From Eledone cirrhosa (lineage: Eukaryota), in the NCBI GenBank assembly GCA_964016885.1, contig OZ024740.1:208320001-208384000 (forward strand): 64,000 nt of DNA. The letters are read 5' to 3'. The position numbers and the translations under genes are program-made. Below, one piece after another: positions 29,972 through 43,425 of this stretch. The notes below the pieces were generated by a model that did not search any database, was not told the DNA's origin, and worked only from the letters and a program-made list of their open reading frames with translations. Numbering within the stretch: the stretch's first letter is position 1; every line of letters begins with the position of its first letter.

Positions 29972-29976
<5 letters not shown>
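29195..29976. mobile_element. Two-armed PLE insertion with heterologous arms
   Basis: 29195-29532 resembles the reverse complement of 45243-45563 (with tail). 29909-29976 matches the 22474 HHR family end (no tail). Confidence 0.6.
29909..29959 (+). ncRNA. Type I hammerhead ribozyme
   Basis: Stem I AGATTC/GAATCT, CTGATGA, stem II TTC/GAA, GAAA, stem III ACAG/CTGT and GUA cleavage triplet. Confidence 0.8.
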
Positions 29977-30069
<93 letters not shown>

Positions 30070-30229
30070 TGGATAAGCTTTATTTTCTGTAGCTATCCTT
30101 TGTCATCCTGTCTCTATTTTTGTACTCCTGAAGAAGTGGTAAAGCCCCGCATGTCGAACTTTGTTTCCTCTTTTCCACATAAAGCGTGAAACTTATAAGA
30201 TATTTTGTACCTCTGTTTGTTCCTTCATC

Positions 30230-30563
<334 letters not shown>

Positions 30564-30564
30564 T

Positions 30565-30838
30565 AAGTGTAATTAAATGCGCCCGTAGGCGGTATGCCGT
30601 TTGAGTACTCGATGCTCGCGCAGAGCAGAGTATATCATTATAGATAACGAGGAATCAGTAATGCATCAAAACACAATTTATTAACATATTACATATGTTT
30701 CTCCGTATCTGAGGAACTTGCGAATGCAGAGTCGGGTTCGATCTGTAACAGATCCTGCCTTGAGCTGATCGACGTGGAAACATATGTAATATGTTAATAA
30801 ATTGTGTTTCTTTGCATTACTGATTCCTCGTTATCTAT
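30565..30838. mobile_element. Two-armed mini-element with left tail
   Basis: Arms 30640-30702 and 30777-30838. The tail reads ATCGAGTACTC on the minus strand. GAAACATATGTA HHR half in each arm. Confidence 0.7.
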
Positions 30839-30926
30839 TATATATATATATAAATAAATATATTCCTTTTCCTTTGAGCACATTATTTACAGGGAATAAC
30901 GAGATTCTATAGCTCCGTTAATTTAT

Positions 30927-30985
<59 letters not shown>

Positions 30986-31455
30986 AGTGCTCATACATGT
31001 ATAAAAACAACGAACAGTGAATGAATAAAGAACATATTTGTCTTGAAAGACTTATTTTTCAGTGACTTCTCAATCAGGCGAAAAAAGACACTCTTCGACA
31101 AACCTACATTTGGCGCAAAATCAATTTTTAACATTCACGTGACCTCTACCGACCAATCAAAATTGTTTTGACCACCAGAATCTTTGCAACACGAATTGGC
31201 GCGAAACTTATTTTAATACCTCTGGAGCCACTTTTTTCACATAAAACAGGTAGAATTTCCAAAACTGATCAGATTAGAGCAAACATCACGGGCGCTCTAT
31301 CTCAAAATTATTTTTGAAAAGCATTAGAAATGCGCAACCGGTAAAAACTTAAAACCAAAACTGAATACTATCCAATACTTATTACTAATTTTTACTTATT
31401 CCTAATTAAACTATTTTCACTGGGAACAATTTGTCAGCATTTACTTTTCCTTTTA

Positions 31456-31502
<47 letters not shown>

Positions 31503-31526
31503 AAACTATCTTTATAAAACCATATT

Positions 31527-31588
31527 TATTTTATTATATATATTTCAAGGGTACCAACATTTTTGGTACGCTCTCATCAGATAAAATA
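31527..31588 (-). ncRNA. Minimal type I hammerhead ribozyme
   Basis: TATTTTAT-CTGATGA-gagcGTACC..GGTACcctt-GAAA-TATATA-TA-ATAAAATA, with an 8-bp stem I. Confidence 0.78.
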
Positions 31589-31686
31589 TAAAAGTTGTTT
31601 TACAGATAGTGACATATTCAAAACAAGAACTTATCGTTTTAAGTTCTGTTTGAATAGTTCTGTTTAATACATTTGATATTATATAT

Positions 31687-31873
<187 letters not shown>

Positions 31874-32011
31874 TGTGTCAGGAACTAGCTGTTTAAACGG
31901 TAAGACCTCAACCGTCGCGTTCCTGTCTTGTTCATATAACCATACTCTACTACCCCAAGTATCGAGTACTCTGGCGACTAATGGTCAAACCATTACTGAA
32001 TCCATCCTGTC

Positions 32012-32062
<51 letters not shown>

Positions 32063-32577
32063 CGTATGTGTCTGTGTGTTTGAACACAGATATGTGTGTA
32101 TGTATTTTTGAATGTCTATGTATAAATGTATGTATGTAACGAAAGTAACCAACATTTAAGCAACGTCATCTCGCATGACTAGTTCTGTTTACTTCTCTTA
32201 ACATCCATCTGAGACGAAGAAAGGAATTTTGGGCGAAAGAAACAGAACTACTCCTGTAAGTGTAAATAAAACGATTATATTCGTATACATTTGTATATAT
32301 ATAGATAGAGAGAGTGTGAGAGGAGAGGATAAAAACACACATGTATACATACATACATGTGTGTATATATAAAGATCTTCCTTTATTACCATTTTTCTAT
32401 TTTTCCACTACTATTTTCTATAATTTATTCCCGTATGTCTCCTAACTATTAATCTTAGTCACGTCTCTAACTCTCGCATGATACGACTCAATCCAGCCAA
32501 TTCCGTCTAGAAACTCTACTTTAGACATCTTTGTGTTACTACCTATAAATCAATATGACAGACAGATCGATTGTGTG

Positions 32578-32608
<31 letters not shown>

Positions 32609-32683
32609 CAGGTCATTAAGTATGAAATGTCCGACTGAAGTTTGAAAGTGCATATGCAAATCGGACATTTTATACTTAAGGAT

Positions 32684-32753
<70 letters not shown>

Positions 32754-32771
32754 CATATATATATATGTATA

Positions 32772-32932
<161 letters not shown>

Positions 32933-33025
32933 TATACATATATATATATATATATATATAAATATATATATATACATTTATATATATATATATGCATACA
33001 GATTATGCATATATATATATATATT

Positions 33026-33064
<39 letters not shown>

Positions 33065-33090
33065 GCATACAGATTATATATATATATACG

Positions 33091-33176
<86 letters not shown>

Positions 33177-33363
33177 CTCCTATTAGTTCCTAGCAACGCA
33201 GAGGTAGTTTGTTATATTAGTAAATATAGCAATGGGATTCGGAATATTTGAGAAGCATAAATCAAAACATAAGGTTACACACACGTATATATATGCACAC
33301 ATAGACACATTCACACACATACACACACACTCATGCACACACACACACATACACACACACACT

Positions 33364-33428
<65 letters not shown>

Positions 33429-33521
33429 ACATACACACACACTGACATACACACTCACATGCAAACACACATACCGATACAGACACAGACAAACAACACA
33501 TACATCAATCATATATATATG

Positions 33522-33575
<54 letters not shown>

Positions 33576-33758
33576 TGTGTATGCGTGTGTGTGTGCGTGT
33601 ATGCTTGTATATGTACGTCTGTTTCGGGAATATTGTCAGTATTCATGTGTGTGTCTGTGTGGTGTTCTGCTAGGCCGCCAGTGATGACATTCACCTGGAA
33701 ATATATTTATTTGGAACCATGTGACTGTATTTATAGTGGATGTTGTTAAATCACAGAC

Positions 33759-36450
33759 ATCATTCCATCACTACTATACTATACTAGTCTATCATTCCAC
33801 CAGTACCACACTATACCAGTGTATCATTCCATCACTACCATACTATACCAGTGTATCATTCCACCAGTACCACACTATACCAGTGTATCATTCCACATCT
33901 ACCACACTATACCAGTGTATCATTCCACCTCTACCAAACTATACCGGTGTATCATTCCATCACTACTATACTATACTAGTCTATCATTCTACCAGTACCA
34001 CACTATACCAGTGTATCATTCCACCACTACCACACTATACCAGTGTATCATTCCACCAGTACCACACTATTCCAGTGTATCATTCCACCACTATCACACT
34101 ATACGAGTGTATCATTCCACCAGTACCACACTATACCAGTGTATCATTCCACCACTACCACACCATACCAGTGTATCATTCCACCAGTATCACACTATAC
34201 CAGTGTATCATTCCACCACTACCACACTATACCAGTGTATCATTCCACCACTACCACACTATACCAGTGTATCATTCCATCACTAACACACTAAACCAGT
34301 GTATCATTCCACCAGTACCACACTATACCAGTGTATCATTCCACCACTACCAAACTATACAAGTGTATCATTCCACCAGTACCACACTATATTAGTGTAT
34401 CATTCCATCACTACCACACTATACTAGTGTATCATTCCATCTCTACCACACTATACCAGTGTATCATTCTACAAGTACCACACAATACCCCAGTGTATCA
34501 TTCCATCACTACCACACTATACTAGTGTATCATTCCATCACTACCACACTATACCAGTGTATCATTCCATCACTAACACACTAAACCAGTGTATCATTCT
34601 ATCACTACCACACTATACCAGTGTATCATTCCATCACTACCACACTATACTAGTGTATCATTCCATCACTGCCACACTATACCAGTGTATCATTCCACCA
34701 GTACCACACTATGCCAGTGTATCATTCCACCCCTACCACACTATAGCAGTCTATCATTCCACTTCTACTACACTATACCAGTGTATCATTCCACCACTAC
34801 CAAACTATACATGTGTATCATTCCACCAGTACCACACTATACCAGTGTATTATTCCACCAGTACCACACTATACCAGTGTATCATTCCATCACTACCACA
34901 CTATACCAGTCTATCATTCGATCAGTACCACACTATACCAGTGTATCATTCCATCTCTACCACACTATACCAGTGTATGATTCCACCAGTACCACACTAT
35001 ACTAGTGTATCATTCCATCTCTACCACAATATACCAGTGTATCATTCTACAAGTACCACACTATACCAGTCTATCATTTCACCTCTCCTACACTATACTA
35101 GTGTATCATTCCACCACTACCAAACTATACCTGTGTATCATTCTATCAGCACCACACTATACCAGTGTATCATTCCATCACTACCACACTATATTAGTGT
35201 ATCATTCCACCACTACCACACTATACCAGTGTAACAGTCCACCAGTACCACACTATAGCAGTCTATCATTCCACCAGTACCACACTATACCAGTTTATCA
35301 TTCCATCACTACCACACTATACCAGTGTATCATTCCATCACTACCACGCTATACCAGTGTATCATTCCACCAGTACCACACTATACCAGTGTATCATTCC
35401 ATCACTACCACACTATACCAGTGTATCATTCCACCAGTACAACACTATACCAGTCTATCATTCCACCAGTACCACACTATACCAGTCTATCATTCCACCA
35501 CTACCGCACTATACCAGTGTATCATTTCACCTCTACTACACGAAACCAGTGTATCATTCCACCACTACCAAACTGTACCTGTGTATCATTCTATTAGTAC
35601 CATACTATACCAGTGTATCACTCCACCACTACCACACTATACCAGTGTATCATTCCACCAGTACCACACTATGCCAGTGTATCATTCCACCACTACCACG
35701 CTATACCAGTGTATCATTCCACCAGTACCACACTATATCAGTGTATCATTCCACCGCTACCACACTATACTAGTGTATCATTCCATCACTACCACACTAT
35801 ACCAGTGTATCATTCTACTAGTACCACACTATACCGGTGTATCATTCCACCAGTACTACACTATATTAGTGTATCATTCCACTAGTACCACACTATACCA
35901 GTGTATCATTCCAACACTACCACACTATACCAGTGTATCATTCCATCATTACCACACTATACCGGTGTATCATTCCACCAGTACCACACTATACCGGTGT
36001 ATCATTCCACCAGTACCACACTATACCGGTGTATCATTCCACCAGTACCACACTATACCGGTGTATCATTCCACCAGTACCACACTATACCGGTGTATCA
36101 TTCCACCAGTACCACACTATACCAGTGTATCAATCCACCAGTACCACACTATATTTGGTATCATTCCATCACTACCATAGTATACCAGTGTATCATTCCA
36201 TCACTACCACACTATACGAGTGTATCATTCCATCACTACCACACTATACCAGTGTATCATTCCTTCACTACCACACTATACCAGTGTATCATTCCAACAC
36301 CACCACACTATACCAGTGTATCGTTCCACTTCTACCACACTATACCAGTGTATCATTCCTTCACTACCACACTATACCAGTGTATCATTCCAACACCACC
36401 ACACTATACCAGTGTAACGTTCCACTTCTACCACACTATACCACTGTGTC
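33759..36450. repeat. 32-bp minisatellite (~84 units), CAGTGTATCATTCCACCAGTACCACACTATAC
   Basis: Continuous tandem array. It explains the YHSTSTTLYQCIIPP ORFs. Confidence 0.95.
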
Positions 36451-37328
36451 ATTCAATCAACAACCATAATTGCTCAACTGCGTGAGCAGACGACTACAAT
36501 CCTCTCCCATCCGTTACTAATTTTATAATATGTTTTGGCACCATGGCTGGATGACTAACTAGTCTTAGGTAGAATTTGAATGCGATGGCAGATCAGGAAC
36601 CCGGAAATGAGAGCCAGAACCCTCAACATAGATCCAGAACTCCCATCACGGAGCCAGAACAGATGCAGGAGAACATTTAATCCCATAATCTAACGACTCT
36701 GCCAATTCCTTGCCTCAGTGATTTATTACAGGGCTGCACCCACCAGTGACCGTTTAGTCACTTCTGAAGATTTCGTCACGACATCATATATCTAGCACAT
36801 CATTCCCCTCAAAACTATTACCTACGTTGATTACATAGAGCTACTGTGGCTTCTACTTACAACTGTTAACTTCTCCTACATATGATACCTATGTAGTTAG
36901 TTGACGTGATAGAAATAACAGCAAAATCTCCATTAAATCACTTTGTGTTGTCTAAAAATGTAGAGGACATATTGGCGAATTCTGTCCAACACACAGTATA
37001 TTTAACAAAAGACGTGAAAGTCACTTTTGGAGTGCCTTTTATCACTAGTTAGTAGGTTAGGGATGCCCTGTGTTTAGACAAAAACTGCCATATTTGTATC
37101 TAGGTCGACACTGAATAATACTTGATGTCGCAATTCCAACTGTGATATTTTCGGCCATGATTGCAATATCAGATATCTTTTTTAAAGTCGTAAATAAAAA
37201 TTGTCATGATTTTTAGAGATTAAATTGTTTCGTTAAAATATCTAATTCACGTATATGAGTGAGATATGTGACAGAGTAAGTTATATGATATTGTAAGATG
37301 TATTATCATAGATTAAGATTTATGATTA

Positions 37329-37392
<64 letters not shown>

Positions 37393-37444
37393 TAGGTGAT
37401 TCAGTGATTTACTGGTAAACGAAACTTCCTCGGGTTTTTTTCTA

Positions 37445-38058
37445 ATATATATATAAGTATGTATACGTACATACATATATGTATACAGACGTACAGTAGT
37501 ATGTATATATATATACATACATGCACACATATATATGTACGTATGGATTCACCGAACATTTATTATAATGTGCGGTGTGTTTGTAAACAAACATCCCGAA
37601 TTAAGCCGTACAGTGTCTAGCAACCATCGTTGCTCTTTTGTTCAATACTGACAAAGGAACGCTGTACTAGTTTCAAGCTTATTAGCTATCGTCAGCAACG
37701 TATACCTTCCTGCCAGATGATTGAACGTCTGAAAGTATATACTTTCTTTATGCACATTAACGGCTGAGCAGCCTAATTTGCATATCATCTGGCAGGAAGG
37801 TATACGTTGCTGACGATAGCTAATAAGCTTGAAACTAGTACAGCGTTCCTTTGTCAGTGTTGAACAAAAGAGCAACGTTGGTTGCTAGACACTGTACGGC
37901 TTAATTCGGGATGTTTGTTTACAAACACACCGAGCATTATAATAAATGTTCGGTGAATCCATACGTACATATATATATATATGTGTGCATGTATGTATAT
38001 ATATACATACTACTGTACGTATGTATACATATATGTATGTACGTATACATGCTTATAT
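37445..38058. mobile_element. ~600-bp palindrome with two inverted HHRs
   Basis: Arms about 37445-37720 and 37785-38058 are near-perfect reverse complements. Confidence 0.85.
37804..37846 (+). ncRNA. Minimal type I hammerhead ribozyme (mirror copy at 37659-37701, minus strand)
   Basis: ACGTTG-CTGACGA-tAGCT aata AGCTt-GAAA-CTAG-TA-CAGCGT, with palindromic stem III ACTAGT. Confidence 0.82.
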
Positions 38059-38111
38059 TTAAGTAACAGCCGTACTAAGAGTGAGAAATGAAATTTCGTT
38101 TCATTTTTTCC

Positions 38112-38290
<179 letters not shown>

Positions 38291-38399
38291 AGAGAGGTAA
38301 ACACAAATATAAACATACATGTGTTCGAATTGTAAGAGACTATTTTGAGTTTCTAACTCAATATATACCGTCTGATATATATATATATATATATTTATA

Positions 38400-39345
38400 G
38401 TAATAATAATATTATTTATAGTTATGTATACATTATATACAACTATAAACAGAAAGGTCAGTAATTTATTACTACCTTATTATCAGTAAGAAAAAATAGC
38501 TCAATGTAAATACATGAGATCTTTTACAGAGCCGGAATATAAATTACACAATAATCAAAGCTATGTTCAAATCATTTTATTGCTGACAATCGTTTCTTCC
38601 AAACTATCGTTTGGAATCATCGGAGCAGTAGCAATGTTTGTACATATAATTAACCTCCTATTCAACTGAACAATCATATAGATATATGGATATTAATGTT
38701 GTCAACAGTTTCGTATTTACAAGGTGAAATGGGTGTGAAATAGATTACAAGAGAATTGTACGATAAAAATTAAAAATTAAAAATTAAAAATTAAAAATTA
38801 AAAATTAAAAATTAAAAATAAAAAATTATAAAGGTACAGAGTGGGATACAAGCGACAGAGATTATAAGGGAATAGTATAACAATTAAAGAGGCATTAAGG
38901 TAGAAAGTTACTCGTAAAACGAGGACACTAGCAGTAAGAGCGTTAAGAGAGTGCAAATGCATTAGTCATATATAGGAAGAAAACAAGCAATGGTATTAGG
39001 CATATATAATTTTTTGCAAGGCAAAGTATCACATGAAATAAGCATATCAGGCAAAGCAGTTTTTGTATTAAAACTATGGCTTTATGGTGAATGTAATTTT
39101 TAATTTGTAATTATAATTATTGTACAATTCTCTTGTAATCTATGTCTCATCCATTTCACCTTGTAAATACGAAACTGTTGACAACATTAATATCCATGTA
39201 TGCATATGATTGTTCAGTTGAATAGGAGGTTAATTATATGTACAAACATTGCTACTGCTCCGATGATACCAAACGATAGTTTGGAAGAAACGATTGTCAG
39301 CAATAAAATGATTTGAACATAGCTTTGATTATTTTGTAATTTATA
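38400..39345. mobile_element. Two-armed PLE-end element with HHR-like motifs and left tail
   Basis: Arms 38539-38761 and 39122-39345. TGCT-CCGATGA..GAAA-CGATTG-TC-AGCA. The tail reads ATTGAGCTAT on the minus strand. Confidence 0.75.
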
Positions 39346-40157
39346 TATATTTATATATAGGAAAAAGTATGACCCCGACGGCAGAGCTCAAGCCGTTTCG
39401 ACGGCTATTTCTGGACTAAATTAGAATTTTTAGCCTGGTGAATAAATAGCCGAACTTGTCAAGGGGGTACTTCCTTATATTGGAAGATTGTAGTTGTCAA
39501 GAGGATTGGTTAAAATTTGTTGTAAACACAAATAAGTCTATCATGGCATTTGGTGAGAGTTAGGGGTGGCTGAACTTGCCTGTAGAACAATAGGGGAGTG
39601 AGTGGAGCGGTCAAGCGTTGAAAGTGATATGTATACAGCAGATTCTAAGGATAGTGTATGAAGTGGAGGAGGGAGGTTATAGAATAGGTAAATCGAATGA
39701 GAGTAGGAGACAATAAAAGATAATAGAATGAAATAAAAAAATATATAAAATTAGATAGTGAGAAATGAATTAAAAAAATCACAATGCTATCTTACAATTA
39801 CAGGTTAATAAGTTGAGAATAGAAAAAACTTGTAGAAATTGAGTAGTACCAGAACTGATACAAAACTAAAGGGGTTTAACACGTCTGCTATAAGTAGTTA
39901 GTAAAACGTATTCGGCCAATTCTATCTTAAAATTAAAGGGGTGGGGAACTGATGCTACAGAGGACCGATGGGCTGCATCGGGGTAGGCGAAAGTGGAAAA
40001 GCAGACGAGGAAGGAAATAGGGGGTGGAAGAAAGTGATAGGATAAGACAGGGGGAAGAAGAAGACAAAGAGCAAAAGAAAAGAAAAAAGCTACATCTACC
40101 TAATTAAGCTGGAGTTTCCCCTAACTTATTCGGCAAGTGGGGGGTATCAGCCCTTGT

Positions 40158-42282
40158 CTACCCACCCGGGTCATTATGAGGTTTGAGGGCGAGGTAAGTC
40201 CTACGCAATCTGTGTTTGCATGCGGTTACCAGTTCGTCTTTCTTGTTTAGGAGTTGGTCCTTCGAAAACAGCATTTGTAATGTTTCCTCCGAGCATAAGT
40301 TACACGGGCGGCGTCCTCCCGTGTAAGAATTAGCTCTGGACAGTAAGCTCCAAGTGAGATTGTAGGTTATATTATTATCTTGGAGGTCCCAGATGTGGCC
40401 CGAAAGTGTAGTGGCATGTCGCCGGACCGGGTTTCGGAAAGTATGTCGGTGTTGGTAGAGCCGGGTCTTGAAGTCACACGCGCTTAATCCTATATAAGCT
40501 TTGTTGGAGGTGTCCGTCCTCACGTTGCACCGGTAGATCACGTTACGTTCTCGGCATTTGTTGTTGAGGGGGCACGTAGATCTATCAGGGCAGTTACACC
40601 TCCTGGTCGGCTCTCCACTGATGTCTAGGTTATTTCTTCCATAGGGGTTGAGTTTTTTGTTGTTTGAGGAGACGATGTTTTGTGCGAAGTTAGGTGTGGT
40701 GCTGTAAGAGAGTTTGATGGTGTTTTTGTTGATTATGTTGTGGTAGCGGTGTTGTAGTGGAAAATGTTTTTGGAGGAGTCAAAAGAAGATTTTCCCAATA
40801 GGTGTTGCCACCACGGCATTATGGGGAGGATTGAACCATTTTACGTTGCGTGAGCGGCGGTGTCGCCTGCTGGTTCCGCTAAGGGAAGCTGGATAAAAGG
40901 ATATTTCCTCCCGGAAGCCACTCTGCTTGAGGGCCTGGTTGTAATGAGGCGCGTGTTCGTTCAATATCTGCTCATTAGCGGACAAACGAGATATGCGGAG
41001 GGAGATGTTTTTAACCAGGTTATTGGTGATGTTTCTAGGATGGTTAGAGCGGCGGTGGATGTAGTGCAGGTTGTCGTTTGGTTTCCTGTATGGGTAGTAC
41101 AGATCATTTTCGAGGTTAAGGGTAACGTCCAGGAAATTGACTCGGGTTAGGGACGTTTGTAGGTTGATTTTAAATCCGCAGTCCCGGAAGAAGTTGATTA
41201 GTTGTTTACGGACCCGGTCTGTACTACTGGGGTTGTACCCTTTGAGGGTGAGGAGCCCATCATCCCGGTACAATCCACCGCCGAACGCAGGAAACATTTC
41301 GGTGAGTTTAAATAGTAGGAATAATCTTATAAGATCTGTGACCTCGGCCGAATCCGTCGCGCCCATACTGACGTCGAAGGGGGAGTCGGGAGCTCTCTTT
41401 ATCCACTTGGAGTTGTCGAAAAGTAGGACTGTCTTCCTGGCGTGGAGAATGATATTTCTATCCTGGTCAGTGATGGGTGTGAGTGTTTCGGCAAAGTCCA
41501 AGGCGGCCGTAAGGAGCGGTAAGGTAATAGATGAATTTTGTGTCTCGTTTGTCCTTCATATTCCTGAACCATGAGATTACTTCCTGGGTATTGACCCATA
41601 GGTTAAGTCTCACGTTTTGCTTAACTTTTGGTATAACTCGGTCTAGGATCTTTTTACCGATTCTCCCTATGTCCGACTTCGTTGGGTTTATAAGCCAAAT
41701 GGATGGTTTGCGGTCGAAGTCGGATTTGTGGTCCTTCAGTGTGAAGTAGGGAGTCCGTGAGTCTAGGGGTTCAGTGCGGTCGGCGACCCCGAGGCTGGAT
41801 GTAATTTATTGTCCATCTCGATTTATGTCCTCGATAATTGAATGGTTAGCCTTTTTATAGGTGGAGTTTAGGCTGCTCCTGATCAGTGTGTGGTATCTGT
41901 CAGGGTTGACGAAGTAGAGGTTTCCAGTTTTGTCCGAGTGCACTATGATGTCGTTGGTGTTTTCATACTCTGTTATTTTGCTACGGAGTTGTTGTAGGAA
42001 TCTGTTGTGTCTGGGTTTGAATTTAATGCTCTTGACCAGGTGGAAAAGGTCGTTCTCGAAGGGTGAGAGCATAGGGTTCGGAGGGGGAGATTTGTAGGTA
42101 TTGAATCTGAATCTCTCCTTGGTGTCGAAGTCCTGATTGTCGCGGTATCTATCGTAGAAAAAAGTTCTCCATCTTAGTCTTTTCGCAAAAAGGTCGATTT
42201 TCTGCGTGAGCATCCGAAGGGAAAGTTTTCTCGGTGGAACTGGGATGTTCTTGGTGGAGAAGTCGATATTGTGTTTTCGCAT
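40158..42282 (-). pseudogene. PLE RT-GIY-YIG ORF (possibly Nematis-type), inactivated
   Basis: FSTKNIP N-terminus, SDKT, FDVSMG, LYRDDGL, NFLDVTL, IYRC..YIG..FKTR..H and terminal CKHR. It has stops and a small deletion near 41530 that removes RT motif A. The clade call is inference. Confidence 0.9.
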
Positions 42283-42495
42283 CGTGCGGGTGAAGAAACT
42301 TGAGTTAGGTGGACGGGAGGACGCCGTCCGTGTAACTTATGCTTGGAGGAAACATTACAAATGCTGTTTTCGAAGGACCAACTCCTAAACAAGAAAGACG
42401 AACTGGTAACCGCATGCAAACACAAATTACGTAGGACTTACCTCGCCCTCAAACCCCATAATGACCCGGGTGGGTAGACAAGGGTTGATAACCCC

Positions 42496-42527
<32 letters not shown>

Positions 42528-43196
42528 TGCCGAATAAGTTAGGGGAAACCCCAGCTTACTTAGGTAGATGTAGTTCCTTTCTTTTCTTTTCCTCTTTGTC
42601 TTCTTCTTCCCCCTGTCTCATCCTATCACTTCCTTCCACCCCCTATTTCCTTCCTCGTCTGCTTTTCCCCTTTCCCCTACGCTGATGCAGCCCACCGGTC
42701 CTTTGTAGCATCAGTTCTCCCACCCCTGTAATTTTAAGATAGAATTGGCCGAATACGTTTTACTAACTACTTATAGCAGACGTGTTAAACCCCTTTAATT
42801 TTGTATCAGTTCTGGTACTACTCAATTTCTACAAGTTTTTTCTATTCTCAACTTATTAACCTGTAATTGTAAGATAGCATTGTGATTTTTTTTATTCATT
42901 TCTCACTATCTAATTTTATATATTTTTTTATTTCTTTCTATTATCTTTTATTGACTCCTACTCTCATTCGATTTACCTATTCTATAACCTCCCTCCTCCA
43001 CTTCATACACTATCCTTAGAATCTGCTGTATACATATCACTTTCAACGCTTGTCCGCTCCACTCACTCCCCTACTGTTCTACAGGCAAGTTCAGCCACCC
43101 CTAACTCCCACCAAATGCCATGATAGACATATTTGTGTTTACAACAAATTTTAACCAATCCTCTTGAAAACTACAATCTTCCCATATAAGGAAGTA

Positions 43197-43292
43197 CCCC
43201 CTTGACAAGTTCGGCTATTTATTCACCAGGCTAAAAATTCTAATTTAGTCCAGAAATAGCCGTCGAAACGGCTTGAGCTCTGCCGTCGGGGT
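43197..43292 (+). ncRNA. Hammerhead ribozyme with U3:A8 core (mirror copy at 39372-39467, minus strand)
   Basis: CCCC-TTGACAA-GttCGGCTATTT...AAATAGCCGtC-GAAA-CGGC ttgagctct GCCG-TC-GGGG. Confidence 0.72.
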
Positions 43293-43383
43293 CATACTTT
43301 TTCCTATTTCCCACTCTACTACCCTAAGTATTGAGTACTCTGGTGCGTTATGGTCCATCTGGTTCCTTACCACAATTCCTTTG

Positions 43384-43420
<37 letters not shown>

Positions 43421-43425
<5 letters not shown>

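Larger units (their letters stand above)
39358..43385 (-). mobile_element. Near full-length PLE with ~970-bp inverted terminal arms and a one-sided tail
   Basis: Arms 39358-40322 and 42313-43307, tail 43308-43385. (AT)n on both sides. Confidence 0.92.

Noticed and set aside
32166-32545. Possible minus-strand exons with acceptor-like sites
   Set aside because: All frames hit stops before a good donor.
33721-36485. Long ORFs and a CRISPR-like 32-bp period
   Set aside because: Head-to-tail minisatellite with no unique spacers and no cas genes, in a eukaryotic context.
40779-40781. In-frame TGA in the PLE ORF as possible selenocysteine (as in Naiads)
   Set aside because: It is not at a conserved Cys position, the ORF has other lesions, and CGA>TGA decay is simpler.
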